From: Candidatus Dadabacteria bacterium
Lineage (GTDB): Bacteria > Desulfobacterota_D > UBA1144 > Nemesobacterales > CSP1-2
Direction of reading: 5' to 3'
Assembly (NCBI GenBank): GCA_963805855.1
Contig: CAWDVW010000002.1
Span: 32,001-96,000, forward strand
DNA: 64,000 nt
Of the stretch, positions 11,324-21,772 are shown piece by piece; positions within the stretch are counted from its first letter, which is position 1; each line of letters starts with the position of its first letter. Under the pieces are notes generated by a model, which was not told the origin of the DNA, searched no databases, and saw only the letters and a program-made list of their open reading frames with translations. Position numbers and translations under genes: made by a program.

Positions 11324-12186
11324 CAGGCACTCATTCTCTCTATAATTATAGGTAAAGAGGTTCGATAAATTAGCCAGGCGATAAACACCCCGATTATCGT
11401 TAAACCGCTTACGATCAAAAATGGCTCTACATTTGTCAGAACACCTTTTGTAGCTAGATCTCGTGCACCTATGAGGAGAGGACTCACAGGATTCAGCGTC
11501 GCTATATGCGAAAAGGGAAAGGATTGAGGCGTAGGATATACGACCGGTGTTGCAAAGAACCATAATTGTATGCCGAACGTCAATCCAGAAGAAACATCAG
11601 TGAATAGCGTCCCAAGGGGAGTGAGGAGCAATCCGAGGGTCATCCCTAAAAGGATTAGCATGAGTATAGCCAGGGGTGTTAAAATTAGCCCCCAGGTAAC
11701 GTGAATTCCGAAATATACAAAAATACCCACAAGAATGACCAATTTTATACTCAGATTGAAAAGCATTTGATAAAATGCAGAGACTATGAGGGCTTCCCGA
11801 GGGAAGTTGATTTTGGCCAGCATGGCTTTTGCACTTCTGACTGAATTCAAAGGTCCGTTAAGGCTCTCGGAAAAGAGTTGCCATAGCGTTGTCCCGACCA
11901 AAACAAAAACTGGATAGGGTATATCGGTCTCTCCGAAATTTACAATTTTGTTTGATTGCAAAACTATAAAGACTAGTCCAGTTAGAATTGGTGGCAGAAA
12001 TGCCCAAAACACACCAAGAATACTCTGGCGATAGCGTGCAGAAATATCTCTTACAAAAAGCCGCCACGCCAACTCACGGCTGTCTTTAAGATCTTGCCAC
12101 ATAGAGGTCAAAAGAATCCCTGGAGTTCGTAACTGAGACTCTGGGGTATACACTACAACGGCTATCCTTTCAGTGTGATTGGTCAT
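11323..12186 (-). CDS. wzm: Polysaccharide ABC exporter permease
   Basis: RDISARYRQSILGVFW, KINFPRE, FFATPVVYP and LNPVS motifs; multiple TM segments. Confidence 0.9.
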   Translation of the reverse strand: MTNHTERIAVVVYTPESQLRTPGILLTSMWQDLKDSRELAWRLFVRDISARYRQSILGVFWAFLPPILTGLVFIVLQSNKIVNFGETDIPYPVFVLVGTTLWQLFSESLNGPLNSVRSAKAMLAKINFPREALIVSAFYQMLFNLSIKLVILVGIFVYFGIHVTWGLILTPLAILMLILLGMTLGLLLTPLGTLFTDVSSGLTFGIQLWFFATPVVYPTPQSFPFSHIATLNPVSPLLIGARDLATKGVLTNVEPFLIVSGLTIIGVFIAWLIYRTSLPIIIERMSA

Positions 12187-12215
12187 GATCTAATATTTTG
12201 CTCCAACCAATTATC

Positions 12216-12779
12216 TTAGGGATTTGCGGCTTGCGTAATTCTGTAAGGCAACGTACACGGCATATATCCGAGCGACTTCAGTGCCACGATGATCTTCTCG
12301 ATGCTTTCTTCGTGGGTTTCTACATTGGTTTCAACTATGACTTCCGGATCATGTGGCTCTTCGTACGGATCTGAAATCCCCGTAAAATTCTTGATCTCCC
12401 CATTTAGAGCCTTTTTGTACAATCCCTTAACATCTCTTTCCATACATTCATCAACAGGGCACTTTACATAGACTTCAATAAACCTTCCAATCTCTTCCCT
12501 TGCTTTATCTCTTATCTGTCGATAAGGAGATATGGCACAGGTTATGGCAACTCCTCCAGACCTTGTAACAAGATTTGCTACAAACGATATTCTTCGTATA
12601 TTTTCATCTCTATCTTCCTTAGAAAATCCCAAACCCTTGGAGAGCCTTAATCTTACTTCATCGCCGTCTAGTACCTCAACATGAAAGTCTAACTTATTCA
12701 ACTCCGTCTCAAGCATCCTCGCAAGAGTGGATTCTCCTGAACTAGGTAAACCAGTAAACCAAACAGTGAAACCTTTCAT
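12216..12779 (-). CDS. cysC: Adenylyl-sulfate kinase with P-loop Lys->Glu
   Basis: [29 protein letters not shown] and [11 protein letters not shown] motifs. Confidence 0.85.
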   Translation of the reverse strand: MKGFTVWFTGLPSSGESTLARMLETELNKLDFHVEVLDGDEVRLRLSKGLGFSKEDRDENIRRISFVANLVTRSGGVAITCAISPYRQIRDKAREEIGRFIEVYVKCPVDECMERDVKGLYKKALNGEIKNFTGISDPYEEPHDPEVIVETNVETHEESIEKIIVALKSLGYMPCTLPYRITQAANP

Positions 12780-12914
12780 CGTAACGCTCCTTTAACCAGT
12801 CATATTAATTCCGAAATCGTTAACATTTTGAAGGTTCAATTGCGATCGTAAAGTTAACTTGGAATAGATAACAGAAGAACTTAAACATCAATAAGTCTGA
12901 ATTTAAATTCTTAG

Positions 12915-13643
12915 TTATACATAGTCGTTTGTTTCCAAATATTTTAACACTTGCTTAGCTGCTTCTTGAATGGGTTGATTTTCAATATCAATTCTTATTT
13001 CTGGGTTCTTAGGTTCCTCATACTTGATTGATACCCCGACGAAATTATCCAGTTCCCCACTCATGGCTTTATCATATAAGCCTTTGTTATTATTATTTCT
13101 TATACAATAATCAACCGACGCATTTATGTATATTTCGATATAAGTTTTTAGGCTATCACGTAAATAATTTCTAGATTCTTCAAAAGGACTTTCAAATGAA
13201 CCCACAACGCTGGTGTTATTATCCTCAAGGATCTTAATCAAGCTCCCAATCTTTTTGATATGATCTTTTCTATCCTTAGGTGAATACCCAATTTCTGGAA
13301 ACATATCGCGTATTCTTCTGCCGTTAAAATACTCAGCCCTTATTTTTCTCTTAAGAAGATGCTCATAAATGGCCTGTGAAAGTTCGGATTTTCCACAACC
13401 CGATAGGCCAGTAAACCATAATACCAAGGGTTTTTTATCTTCAATGCCAAAATCAGCTTTTGTCCAGATCCTTTCATGGATGTAATACACTAACATTTTT
13501 AGAATAGCTTCAATTAAACCAATTTGAACAGCTATATCTACTCTTTTCGTAATAGCAAAGGCGACTACCATAGTGGTGAAGGTGGCGGTAAGTCTCCATG
13601 ATAGAGTCTTTAACAAGGTCCTTATTTTGGTCTCTATCCGCAT
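12915..13643 (-). CDS. DUF2061-like membrane domain fused to adenylyl-sulfate kinase
   Basis: N-terminal KTLSWR...YYIHERIW, followed by WFTGLSGCGKS, KGLYDKA and YEEPKNP. Confidence 0.8.
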   Translation of the reverse strand: MRIETKIRTLLKTLSWRLTATFTTMVVAFAITKRVDIAVQIGLIEAILKMLVYYIHERIWTKADFGIEDKKPLVLWFTGLSGCGKSELSQAIYEHLLKRKIRAEYFNGRRIRDMFPEIGYSPKDRKDHIKKIGSLIKILEDNNTSVVGSFESPFEESRNYLRDSLKTYIEIYINASVDYCIRNNNNKGLYDKAMSGELDNFVGVSIKYEEPKNPEIRIDIENQPIQEAAKQVLKYLETNDYV

Positions 13644-13669
13644 CGTATAATTTTACAATCTCTTTCCGA

Positions 13670-13795
13670 ATTTTTATCTGCATTCAGCACCTGTATATAA
13701 GGGTTCGGCTCGTTCAACTCATTCTCGACCATCCTAGTAACAGTAGAACCTCCTGAAGTAGGTAGACCGGCGAACGGAATTTTAAAATCTTTAAG
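13670..13795 (-). pseudogene. Decayed N-terminal fragment of a third cysC
   Basis: LKDFKIPFAGLPTSGGSTVTRMVENELNEPNPYIQVLNAD aligns without gaps to [40 protein letters not shown] of the cysC at 12216. Confidence 0.65.
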
Positions 13796-13856
13796 GTGGA
13801 ATGAATCCCCAAGCAGCAAGCTGCAGTGTATCATAAGAGAAACTGAAAGTCTCAGA

Positions 13857-13983
13857 TGTCATGGCGAGAGACTTAAAAGTCTCGATGCAATCTCCTTCGG
13901 CATTGGCAGAGAGTTTTATGATCCATTCCATTATGGCATTTACCCAGCAGATTGCTTCGCGATAAAAACTCCTCGCAATGACA
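13857..13983. repeat. REP-like inverted doublet (GTCATxGCGAG...CTCGCAATGAC family)
   Basis: tgtcatggcgag..gcaatctc paired with gattgcttcg..ctcgcaatgaca. Related copies at 21719-21744 and 49669-49706. Confidence 0.7.
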
Positions 13984-14062
13984 CGATTGCGGAACGCCTA
14001 TAGCAAGCTATAGGGGATTTGCTCGTTAATCGGCTACTAATTTCGAATTTTATGGACAAATT

Positions 14063-15097
14063 TTATGCTGATATTCTAGTCATTATGTCCAGGGCTAATT
14101 TTTCTTTAAAATAACTTATTGTCTTTAATAAACCTTCCTCAATACTAACCCTGGGCTCCCAACCAAGGAGTGTTTTTGCTTTAGAAATATCTGGTCTTCG
14201 AACTTTCGGATCATCAACTGGTAATGGTTTAAATTCAATTTTGCTTCTGCTTCCGGTTAATTTAAGAACCATTTTGGCAATGTCTCGAACTGATAATTCA
14301 TGGGGATTCCCAAGATTTATAGGGTAATGAATCAATTCTTTCTGATTATCCAATTTGCTTAATTTAGTAGAATTTGGTTCAGCAAATAGAAGCGAAATGA
14401 TTCCATTTACCATATCTGAAACATAACAGAAGCTTCTGGTTTGATTACCGTCTCCATAAACTGTTAGAGGTTCGCCCTTCAATGCCTGTACTATAAAATT
14501 AGAAATGACTCTGCCATCATTTGGTCTCATCAGTGGTCCGTAGGTATTAAATATCCTCGCAATTCCTGTATCTAAATTATGATTTCTATAATAAGCCATC
14601 GTAATGGCCTCAGCAAAACGCTTTGCTTCGTCGTAGACTCCTCTTGGTCCCACGGGGTTTACGTTACCCCAGTAGTCTTCCGATTGGGGATTTAACAGTG
14701 GGTCGCCATACACTTCAGAAGTGCTCGCGAGCAGGAATCTTGCACGCTTAGCTTTAGCGAGTCCCAGTGCTTTGTGAGTTCCTAAGGCCCCTACTTTAAG
14801 AGTTTGGATGGGGTATTCGATATAATCTGCCGGACTAGCTGGCGACGCAAAATGGAGAACGGCGTCAACGTTACCCTCAAGATGAAAGAAATGAGTTACA
14901 TCATAGTTAGTAAATTTGAAGTTTATGTTTCCAATTAGGTGTTCTATATTATCAGGATTGCCAGTTATTAGATTATCTAAACAGAGCACCTTATGACCCA
15001 TTTCAATTAGATTTGTACATAGATTGCTACCAAGAAATCCAGCTCCCCCAGTAACAACTATAATCCAGCGCTTTTTAAGATTATAACTGTCTGACAT
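14063..15097 (-). CDS. uxs: UDP-glucuronate decarboxylase (extended SDR)
   Basis: [34 protein letters not shown] and [10 protein letters not shown] motifs. Likely start 15097. Confidence 0.9.
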   Translation of the reverse strand: MSDSYNLKKRWIIVVTGGAGFLGSNLCTNLIEMGHKVLCLDNLITGNPDNIEHLIGNINFKFTNYDVTHFFHLEGNVDAVLHFASPASPADYIEYPIQTLKVGALGTHKALGLAKAKRARFLLASTSEVYGDPLLNPQSEDYWGNVNPVGPRGVYDEAKRFAEAITMAYYRNHNLDTGIARIFNTYGPLMRPNDGRVISNFIVQALKGEPLTVYGDGNQTRSFCYVSDMVNGIISLLFAEPNSTKLSKLDNQKELIHYPINLGNPHELSVRDIAKMVLKLTGSRSKIEFKPLPVDDPKVRRPDISKAKTLLGWEPRVSIEEGLLKTISYFKEKLALDIMTRISA

Positions 15098-16451
15098 TTT
15101 CACTACCTGCTGTAGCTTTTGCCGATTTGCATACATTTTTAAAATTTCCACCCTGAACGCCCACACCGAAATATTCAAATCCAAGCGTTTCCAGTTTTTT
15201 TGGATCATACAGATTCCTTCCATCGAATATAACGAGACTTTTCATCAGGCGTTTTATTCGTTCGAAATCAGGTTGTCTATACTCATTCCACTCAGTATGG
15301 ATGACCAGCGCATCCGCCCCAGAACATGCATCATAATTGGATTTTGCATATGTTACCCTATCCTTTAGATATTGCTTTACCTTACCAATCGCTATCGGGT
15401 CATGCACTGAAACATCAGCGCCAAACGATAAGAGTCTATCTATTATGAACAGGGAAGGGGCTTCTCTTAAATCATCAGTTTTTGGTTTAAAAGATAGTCC
15501 CCATACACCAATCTTCCTACCTTTTAATTTTCCCCCGAAGAAGATATTTATCTTTCTCCAGAATACCTCTCTTTGCATCGTATTGACTTCATCCGTGGCT
15601 CTCGAGACCTTAAGATCATATCCAAATGTTTCAGCAGTCTTGACAAGCGCTCTGACATCCTTTGGGAAACACGAGCCACCATACCCAATCCCAGGGAAAA
15701 GAAATGAATGTCCTATCCTATTATCAGCCCCCAATACTACTCTTACCTCGGATATATCAGCACCAACGAATTCGCAAAGATTTGCAATTTCGTTAATGAA
15801 TGAAATCCTCGTTGCGAGTATTGCGTTTGCGGCATATTTAGACAACTCAGCAGACCTTATACTCACATTTATGATGGGGTTGCTGGTACGAACAAAAGGT
15901 GAGTAAAGTTCTTTTAGAATTCCAGCAACTGCTGGGTTATCTGACCCGATTACAACTCTGTCTGGTTTCATAAAATCATCGACAGCGGATCCTTCTTTAA
16001 GAAACTCAGGATTTGACGCAACATCAAACGAAATATCAGTGGTTTCTCTTACAGCTTCGGCAACCCTCACCGTGGTTCCCACTGGAACAGTACTCTTTGT
16101 TATGATTATTTTGTAATCATCCAAACTCTTTCCTATCGATCTGGCAACATTCATGACTGAATTAGTATCTGCAGTGCCATCTCCATTCTGCGGGGTGCCA
16201 ACTGCTATAAATACTATAAAAGAATTTTTCACAGCCCGAGGAAGCTCAGTCGTGAAATGGAGTCGACCTTCCTTGAAGTTCTTCGATATAAGGCCATCAA
16301 GTCCGGGTTCGAAAAAAGGCGTTCTACCTTCTTTTAGGGCAACAACTTTTTGTTTGTCATTGTCGACACATATAACGTTATTTCCACTTTCCGCAAAGCA
16401 TGCTCCTGTTACAAGGCCAACATATCCTGTTCCTATGATTGAAATGTTCAT
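15081..16451 (-). CDS. ugd: UDP-glucose 6-dehydrogenase, full length
   Basis: [20 protein letters not shown], catalytic [10 protein letters not shown] and [10 protein letters not shown] motifs. Confidence 0.95.
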   Translation of the reverse strand: MNISIIGTGYVGLVTGACFAESGNNVICVDNDKQKVVALKEGRTPFFEPGLDGLISKNFKEGRLHFTTELPRAVKNSFIVFIAVGTPQNGDGTADTNSVMNVARSIGKSLDDYKIIITKSTVPVGTTVRVAEAVRETTDISFDVASNPEFLKEGSAVDDFMKPDRVVIGSDNPAVAGILKELYSPFVRTSNPIINVSIRSAELSKYAANAILATRISFINEIANLCEFVGADISEVRVVLGADNRIGHSFLFPGIGYGGSCFPKDVRALVKTAETFGYDLKVSRATDEVNTMQREVFWRKINIFFGGKLKGRKIGVWGLSFKPKTDDLREAPSLFIIDRLLSFGADVSVHDPIAIGKVKQYLKDRVTYAKSNYDACSGADALVIHTEWNEYRQPDFERIKRLMKSLVIFDGRNLYDPKKLETLGFEYFGVGVQGGNFKNVCKSAKATAGSENVRQL

Positions 16452-16699
16452 TTATTACGCCTATGTAATTTGTGGATAATGAATTGGGGCCATGAATAGA
16501 ATGGTCCGAAGCTTCCGCAACTCACTTGCAAAGGAGTGATCTCTCGAAATTTTTGATTTCTATAATTCTTAACATCTTAGGAAGGTAATTTCTGTTGGAC
16601 ATCGGTTTAATTCTAATTAGACCTTAAGTATTACCAAGGATAGGTATTAGGACTTGAGTACACAGTGCTTGAATATACTAAAATCCTAATATACATAGT

Positions 16700-17215
16700 C
16701 GCGGCGATACAACAAAAGAAATATTGCTTCGCGGAGCCTGTACTGAGTAAATCGAAGTGTTTACACTGAGTAGAACCGATTAACTCGCAATTGTAAGTCT
16801 TAGATATTTAGTGGACAAAATCCTAAAGATAATAAATTTCCTGGAAATTTGCTCATCCGTCATCCTCGAATGTTCCTTGCCAGAAACATCCGGGGAGAAG
16901 CGTAATCGGGGATCCATTGTTTAATTTTTTATTTTCTTTGTCTTGATACTGAAACGAGTTCAGCACAGGTACAAAGAAGCAATCCTTCGATAGTTCGGCA
17001 GGCTCACTACTCAGGACAAGGCTGTCCAAATCCTCCTTTACGAAAGGAGGAAATTACCTCTTGCGTAACTTCTGAGAATGTACACTGCAATAGGAAATCC
17101 TCCCCTTTTACAAAGGGGAGTTAGAGGGGATTTTCAACGACTACGTTCCTGATTTTCTTAATACAGAATAGATCCTGCCCTATCGTCAGGACATGGTTCA
17201 GCACAGGCTGCAATC
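16700..17215. repeat. Intergenic cluster of REP/MITE-like palindromes
   Basis: gtcatcctcga..cggggatcca (16859-16916), cctcctttacgaaaggagg (about 17030) and ctcccctttacaaaggggag..gagggggatttt (17100-17134). ttcagcacagg occurs twice. Confidence 0.6.
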
Positions 17216-17438
17216 TTTGGAAGGCCATTAAAGTCATTTTCATTCCAAAAAGGATTAATCAAAATATATTTATCCATTAAATCGTACGAATTTTGTCCCC
17301 GAAATATCTAACGTCTAAAGCAATGACAGTGGGAGCCCTTTCGCGAGCGACCGGGTATTGTCAAGTTAAGACTCATATGTATCTTTTTAACAAAAACCGC
17401 AAATGGAATCTGGCTAAGAACTTAAGTGCCGAGCCACG

Positions 17439-18089
17439 CTAGATACACCCGAGCGCTCTTAATTCTGCTTCACATTGGGAGGGACTCTCAAATCTTATTA
17501 TTTTCATACCGAGCTTAGATGCTGCCTCCAAATTTTCAGGAATATCATCTATAAAGATTGTTGTTTCTATGATGAGATCAAATTTTTCTAGCAAATGTTG
17601 ATATATCTCTAACTCCGGCTTGACCATCTGGATGCGGCTGGATATAACCATACCATCGAAGACATCCCAGATTGGGTATTTCTGCTCGATAAAGTCAATA
17701 GAGTCAATATGCATATTTGACAGCACGAAAACTCGATTACCATTTTTTTTAACAGCGCGGACTAACTCTATAATTTCAGGTTTCGGAATCAACGAATAGG
17801 GTACCAGCTCCATTAGCTTTTTGATTTCAGACTGCGGGAGACCGGTCCGAAAAGCAGCGCGCTCGATAGCTGAATCTCGGTCTAATGTACCCCTGTCAAG
17901 CTCAACCCAATCCGGATGGCAGAAAATTTCGTCCATAACTATTTTTTGAATTTCTCTGTCTTTAAATATCCTCTTTATGATTCGGTCTGGCTTCCAAGTG
18001 AGAAGCACTCCACCGAGATCAAATACAACATTAAAGAATCCCGGTTCATGTCGTATGTAATTATTAACTTGGTCTAACGTTTGATTCAT
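17439..18089 (-). CDS. HAD-superfamily phosphatase
   Basis: FDLGGVL, VLSN, KPELEIY and FIDD motifs. Start uncertain. Confidence 0.85.
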   Translation of the reverse strand: MNQTLDQVNNYIRHEPGFFNVVFDLGGVLLTWKPDRIIKRIFKDREIQKIVMDEIFCHPDWVELDRGTLDRDSAIERAAFRTGLPQSEIKKLMELVPYSLIPKPEIIELVRAVKKNGNRVFVLSNMHIDSIDFIEQKYPIWDVFDGMVISSRIQMVKPELEIYQHLLEKFDLIIETTIFIDDIPENLEAASKLGMKIIRFESPSQCEAELRALGCI

Positions 18090-18120
18090 GATAGTAAAAG
18101 ATAAACTTAGCAATCTTTGT

Positions 18121-19365
18121 TTACATAGAGGCCAGTCCCTTCATCTTACTTCTCTGCTCAAACGAATTGAGCAGATCGAGATATTGTTCCAAAAGGCGCG
18201 GAAGCAAAAACCGTTCCCGAACCGTTTCCTTGGCTTTCTGTCCCAGACGCATCTGCAAATCCTTGTCTCTGATCAGACTGTACTATTCTATCCGCCGCCT
18301 CTTCAACGGATGAAACGAGAAAACCGTTCACTCCATCCTGGATCTGAGAAAGGATCCCCCTACCTTTCCTCCTATGACGGGCTTTCCTTTCCACATTGCC
18401 TCTGTAACTGTAAGGCCAAAGCCCTCACCAATGGACTTTTGTAGAATAACATCAGCTCGTCTCTGGAGGGCATTTACCAAAGTAGTATCATCTCCAGAGG
18501 ATAGGATAAGGATACGCTCCTCTCGGCTGCTCGAGGAGGGATTCGAATATCTCTCTCTCCTTCAGGATCGTCCGTAGCAAAATTACCCAGAAGGACAAGT
18601 GTGCAATCCACTTTTCTTCTTGCAAGTTTGAATGCTCTTATAACACCCTCCGGATCTTTCCAAGGGTCAAAGCGAGATACTTGCGCAATAAGTGGAAGGT
18701 CTGTGGGTATATTATAGCGAGCCAGACATTCATCCATTTCGCCCTCACTCAGTTCCCGATTCTTGGGGGAAAAGGGGTCAATAGCCGGCATGAAGAAAAA
18801 CTGTGGTATCCTAAGTCGTTGGGCATATTCTCTGATAGAAAATATCGCCGCATCATAGCTTTCTATATGCGGAATCAGGTAATTCCAGAGTTCCTTGTTC
18901 GGGTTCGAAAGGTCTAGGTGGCATCGCCAAATCCAGGGGCAGAGTTTTCTTGTTGTAATTTATCATGGGAAGGGGTTGTGGGTCATGAACAATGACAAAA
19001 TCGTGGTCCAGATGGTTTTTGACTGAATTCTCATAGACGACTTCCTCGTAAGTCCGCTTGTTGGAATCGCTAAGCTGGATATGTTTGCCCTGCAGGCCAT
19101 TATGTATATTTTTGGTAATACTGAAGAAATCTAGATCTCCACTTATCGCCCTCCATTCCGTAATAATTCCCAGACTATTCATCAATGGAGTACTAGAGGA
19201 TAATAGCTCGGCCACGCCTCCTGCATTAGTTGTAGAATTCACTTTGGCCACTCGAAAATCAAAAAGTCGCCTTGCCTTCTTCATGAGGCGATCGATGGGC
19301 TCCGGCCCAACGAACTGTTCATAATCTTCGACTTCGACACCTCTAGGATGACTAGCCATGGTCAC
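18121..19365 (-). pseudogene. treT: Trehalose synthase TreT-like GT4, multiple frameshifts
   Basis: VNSTTNAGGVAELL, IVHDPQPL, PAIDPFSPKN, QVSRFDPWKDP, ATDDPEG and [11 protein letters not shown] lie in different frames. Confidence 0.8.
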
Positions 19366-19680
19366 AACCCGGCTCTTGGAGCAGCCCTAATAGCCTTTTT
19401 CCCCTCAATGACTAAATTAATTACCTTTATTTATATCTGTCTATTAAAAACGAAGTTTGACTGCTCGTTCGTTCCTGTAGATTGTTAATTGACTAAGATT
19501 TAAATCGTGAGACCAATCTTCTAGAGAAATTTTGCTAAAACACTCATGGCATAAGTATAGAAGCGGCTCGCATTTTATTTAAAGCTATCAATCTCAATGG
19601 AATTTCTTGACCGATGAAGTTCACACTCGTGAGTTCCTGATGGATTCTAACCAGGAGATAACAACGGTTGCCGGTTCAAT

Positions 19681-20337
19681 TCAGCGGGCATATTCTTGTT
19701 GAAAGTACTGAATTCCATCGTAAGTAGCTAGTTCTACAGATTTTACAGGAGCCAATATAAAACCATCACTAGAAACCATATAGGGTGAATAAAGTTCTTT
19801 TATAATCCTTGCAACCGAAGGGTTATCAAATCCAATCACTATCCAGTCGGGCGTCATAAAATCCTCTATACCCGACCCTTCATTTAAATATTCCGGATTA
19901 TAGGCAACGTCAAACTCTACATCAGTAAATTCTCTTATAATTTCGCGAACCAATTCGGTGGTGCCGAAAGGTACGATACTCTTAATAACAATTATCTTGT
20001 AATCATCGATACTTCTACCTATTGATCTTGAGACATTAATAATCATACTTCGATCCATGCTACTATTACCGTTCATAGCCGTTCCAACTGCTATAAAAAT
20101 TATTAATGAATCTTTCACAGCCTGATGAATGTCAGAGGTGAAAGATAGACGCCCTTCTTTCAGGTTCTTTAATACGAGGCCAACGAGTCCGGGTTCCCGT
20201 AATGGAGACCTATCATCTGGAAATCCCTTGACGTTTTCTCTATCGATATCGACACATATGACATTATTCCCGCTCTCAGCAAAGCATGCGCCTGTAATCA
20301 GCCCGACATAGTTTGTCCCGATTATGGAAATGTTCAT
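19681..20337 (-). CDS. Ugd N-terminal (NAD-binding) domain-only paralogue
   Basis: Highly similar to the N-terminal half of ugd (15081). GTNYVG replaces GTGYVG, and the ORF ends before the catalytic Cys. Confidence 0.75.
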   Translation of the reverse strand: MNISIIGTNYVGLITGACFAESGNNVICVDIDRENVKGFPDDRSPLREPGLVGLVLKNLKEGRLSFTSDIHQAVKDSLIIFIAVGTAMNGNSSMDRSMIINVSRSIGRSIDDYKIIVIKSIVPFGTTELVREIIREFTDVEFDVAYNPEYLNEGSGIEDFMTPDWIVIGFDNPSVARIIKELYSPYMVSSDGFILAPVKSVELATYDGIQYFQQEYAR

Positions 20338-20540
20338 TTGGGTTCCATTTGGGTTTTATATTCCTAAATGATTCAGCCTCCAACAAGGTTGTTACAATTT
20401 TATGAATAGATTTATTTTCATTAATCTTTTTTAGTATGAAAAGAACTTGAACAGCATTACAAAAATTGCTTAACAAAATCAAAAACTACGAGTTTGCAAA
20501 AATTCGCGGGTTGGGGTTGAATTAAATTTTTTAGTCGCTA

Positions 20541-20680
20541 TGTCATCCTCGAGCGCTCCCCGCCACACGCGTGCGGGGACAGGCTCTGGATTCCCGCCAA
20601 CAGTCCGCGGGAATGACAACAAGGGGACAGCCTTGTCCTGAGCGATGTCGAAGGCCCGCTACTGAACAAGTCGAAGTGCC
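20541..20680. repeat. REP-like element (TGTCATCC...GGAATGACA) plus cctgagc..gtcgaagg units
   Basis: Related to copies at 16859, 21679-21710 and 62519-62549. Confidence 0.65.
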
Positions 20681-20760
20681 CGCGATCACCCATCGGTAGT
20701 TATGCAGAAAGCTAATTGGAGTATTGACAACCTAAATAACTCCAAGAACTTTTCTTTATT

Positions 20761-21459
20761 TTAAAGCTCAGCCTCCAAAGCCAACGCAGACCTACCGTCA
20801 GATTCATTAACAACACCCCTTTTCAAATATTCAATATCCGAGTGTTTCGTTAGTTCGGCTACACGTATAGGAACAGAAATAAATCCGTCACTAGACCTGA
20901 CTAACGGTTCATAAAGATCTTTTATTATTTTCTCAGCGGAAGGGTTATCCGCCCCAATCACCATCATATTTTGATTCATAAAATCTTCTATAGCCGATCC
21001 TTCTTTGAGAAATACGGGGTTAGAGACAACGTCAAACTCAACATCAGTAAAGGCTTTTATGATGTCACGAACCAATTCTGTAGTCCCTAAAGAAAGTGTC
21101 CTCACCGTCACAATTATCTTGTAATCATCCAAACTTTTCCCTATCAATCTCGAAACGTTGAAAATTGGAGTCGTATCCACACTACCATCGCCATCAACCA
21201 ATAGCCCTGTGGTTATAAAAACTACAAAAGAATCTTTAACAGCTTGATAAATATCATTAGTAAAAACCAGACGCCCTTCTTTGAAGTTTTTAATTATCAG
21301 GTCAACGAGACCAGGTTCATGCAATGGTGACCTTTTATCCCTAAGTCCTTTGTACTTTTCATGACCAATATCGACCAATTTTACGTTATTGCCAGTTTCT
21401 GCAAAGCATGTTCCTATAACAATTCCGACAAAGTCTGTGCCAATTATAGATATGTTCAT
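20761..21459 (-). CDS. Second Ugd N-terminal domain-only paralogue
   Basis: GTDFVG and NPVFLKEG motifs. Ends shortly after AELTKH, with no catalytic Cys and no UDP-binding domain. Confidence 0.75.
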   Translation of the reverse strand: MNISIIGTDFVGIVIGTCFAETGNNVKLVDIGHEKYKGLRDKRSPLHEPGLVDLIIKNFKEGRLVFTNDIYQAVKDSFVVFITTGLLVDGDGSVDTTPIFNVSRLIGKSLDDYKIIVTVRTLSLGTTELVRDIIKAFTDVEFDVVSNPVFLKEGSAIEDFMNQNMMVIGADNPSAEKIIKDLYEPLVRSSDGFISVPIRVAELTKHSDIEYLKRGVVNESDGRSALALEAEL

Positions 21460-21772
21460 GATAACCTCGCTTAATTCATTAAGGATCTAAACAAAGTAAA
21501 GAAAATTGTTGTTAGCTACAGTATTTACATCACTATGGTTTACTCGAAGTTTCAACCTTTCAATTGATCAAATAACCCTGCAGCAAGTCGCGTGAGACGG
21601 GCACATAATCAGTGATTGCAGTCAATCCCACTGCCTCCTATTCTCAAACGGCATTATATGGAATCTACTAAAAACTTATGGATCCCCGATAAATATCCTC
21701 GGGGATGACAAGGCATGAGATTGCTCGCTGCGCTCGGAATGACACTTCGCATCCGATCGCATCCCCACTGAA

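Noticed and set aside
11324-11563. 80-aa N-terminal extension of Wzt in the ORF track
   Set aside because: It overlaps wzm in another frame. The coupled ATG at 11323 is the likely start. Similar over-extensions were trimmed for uxs, the OM barrel and both HAD genes.
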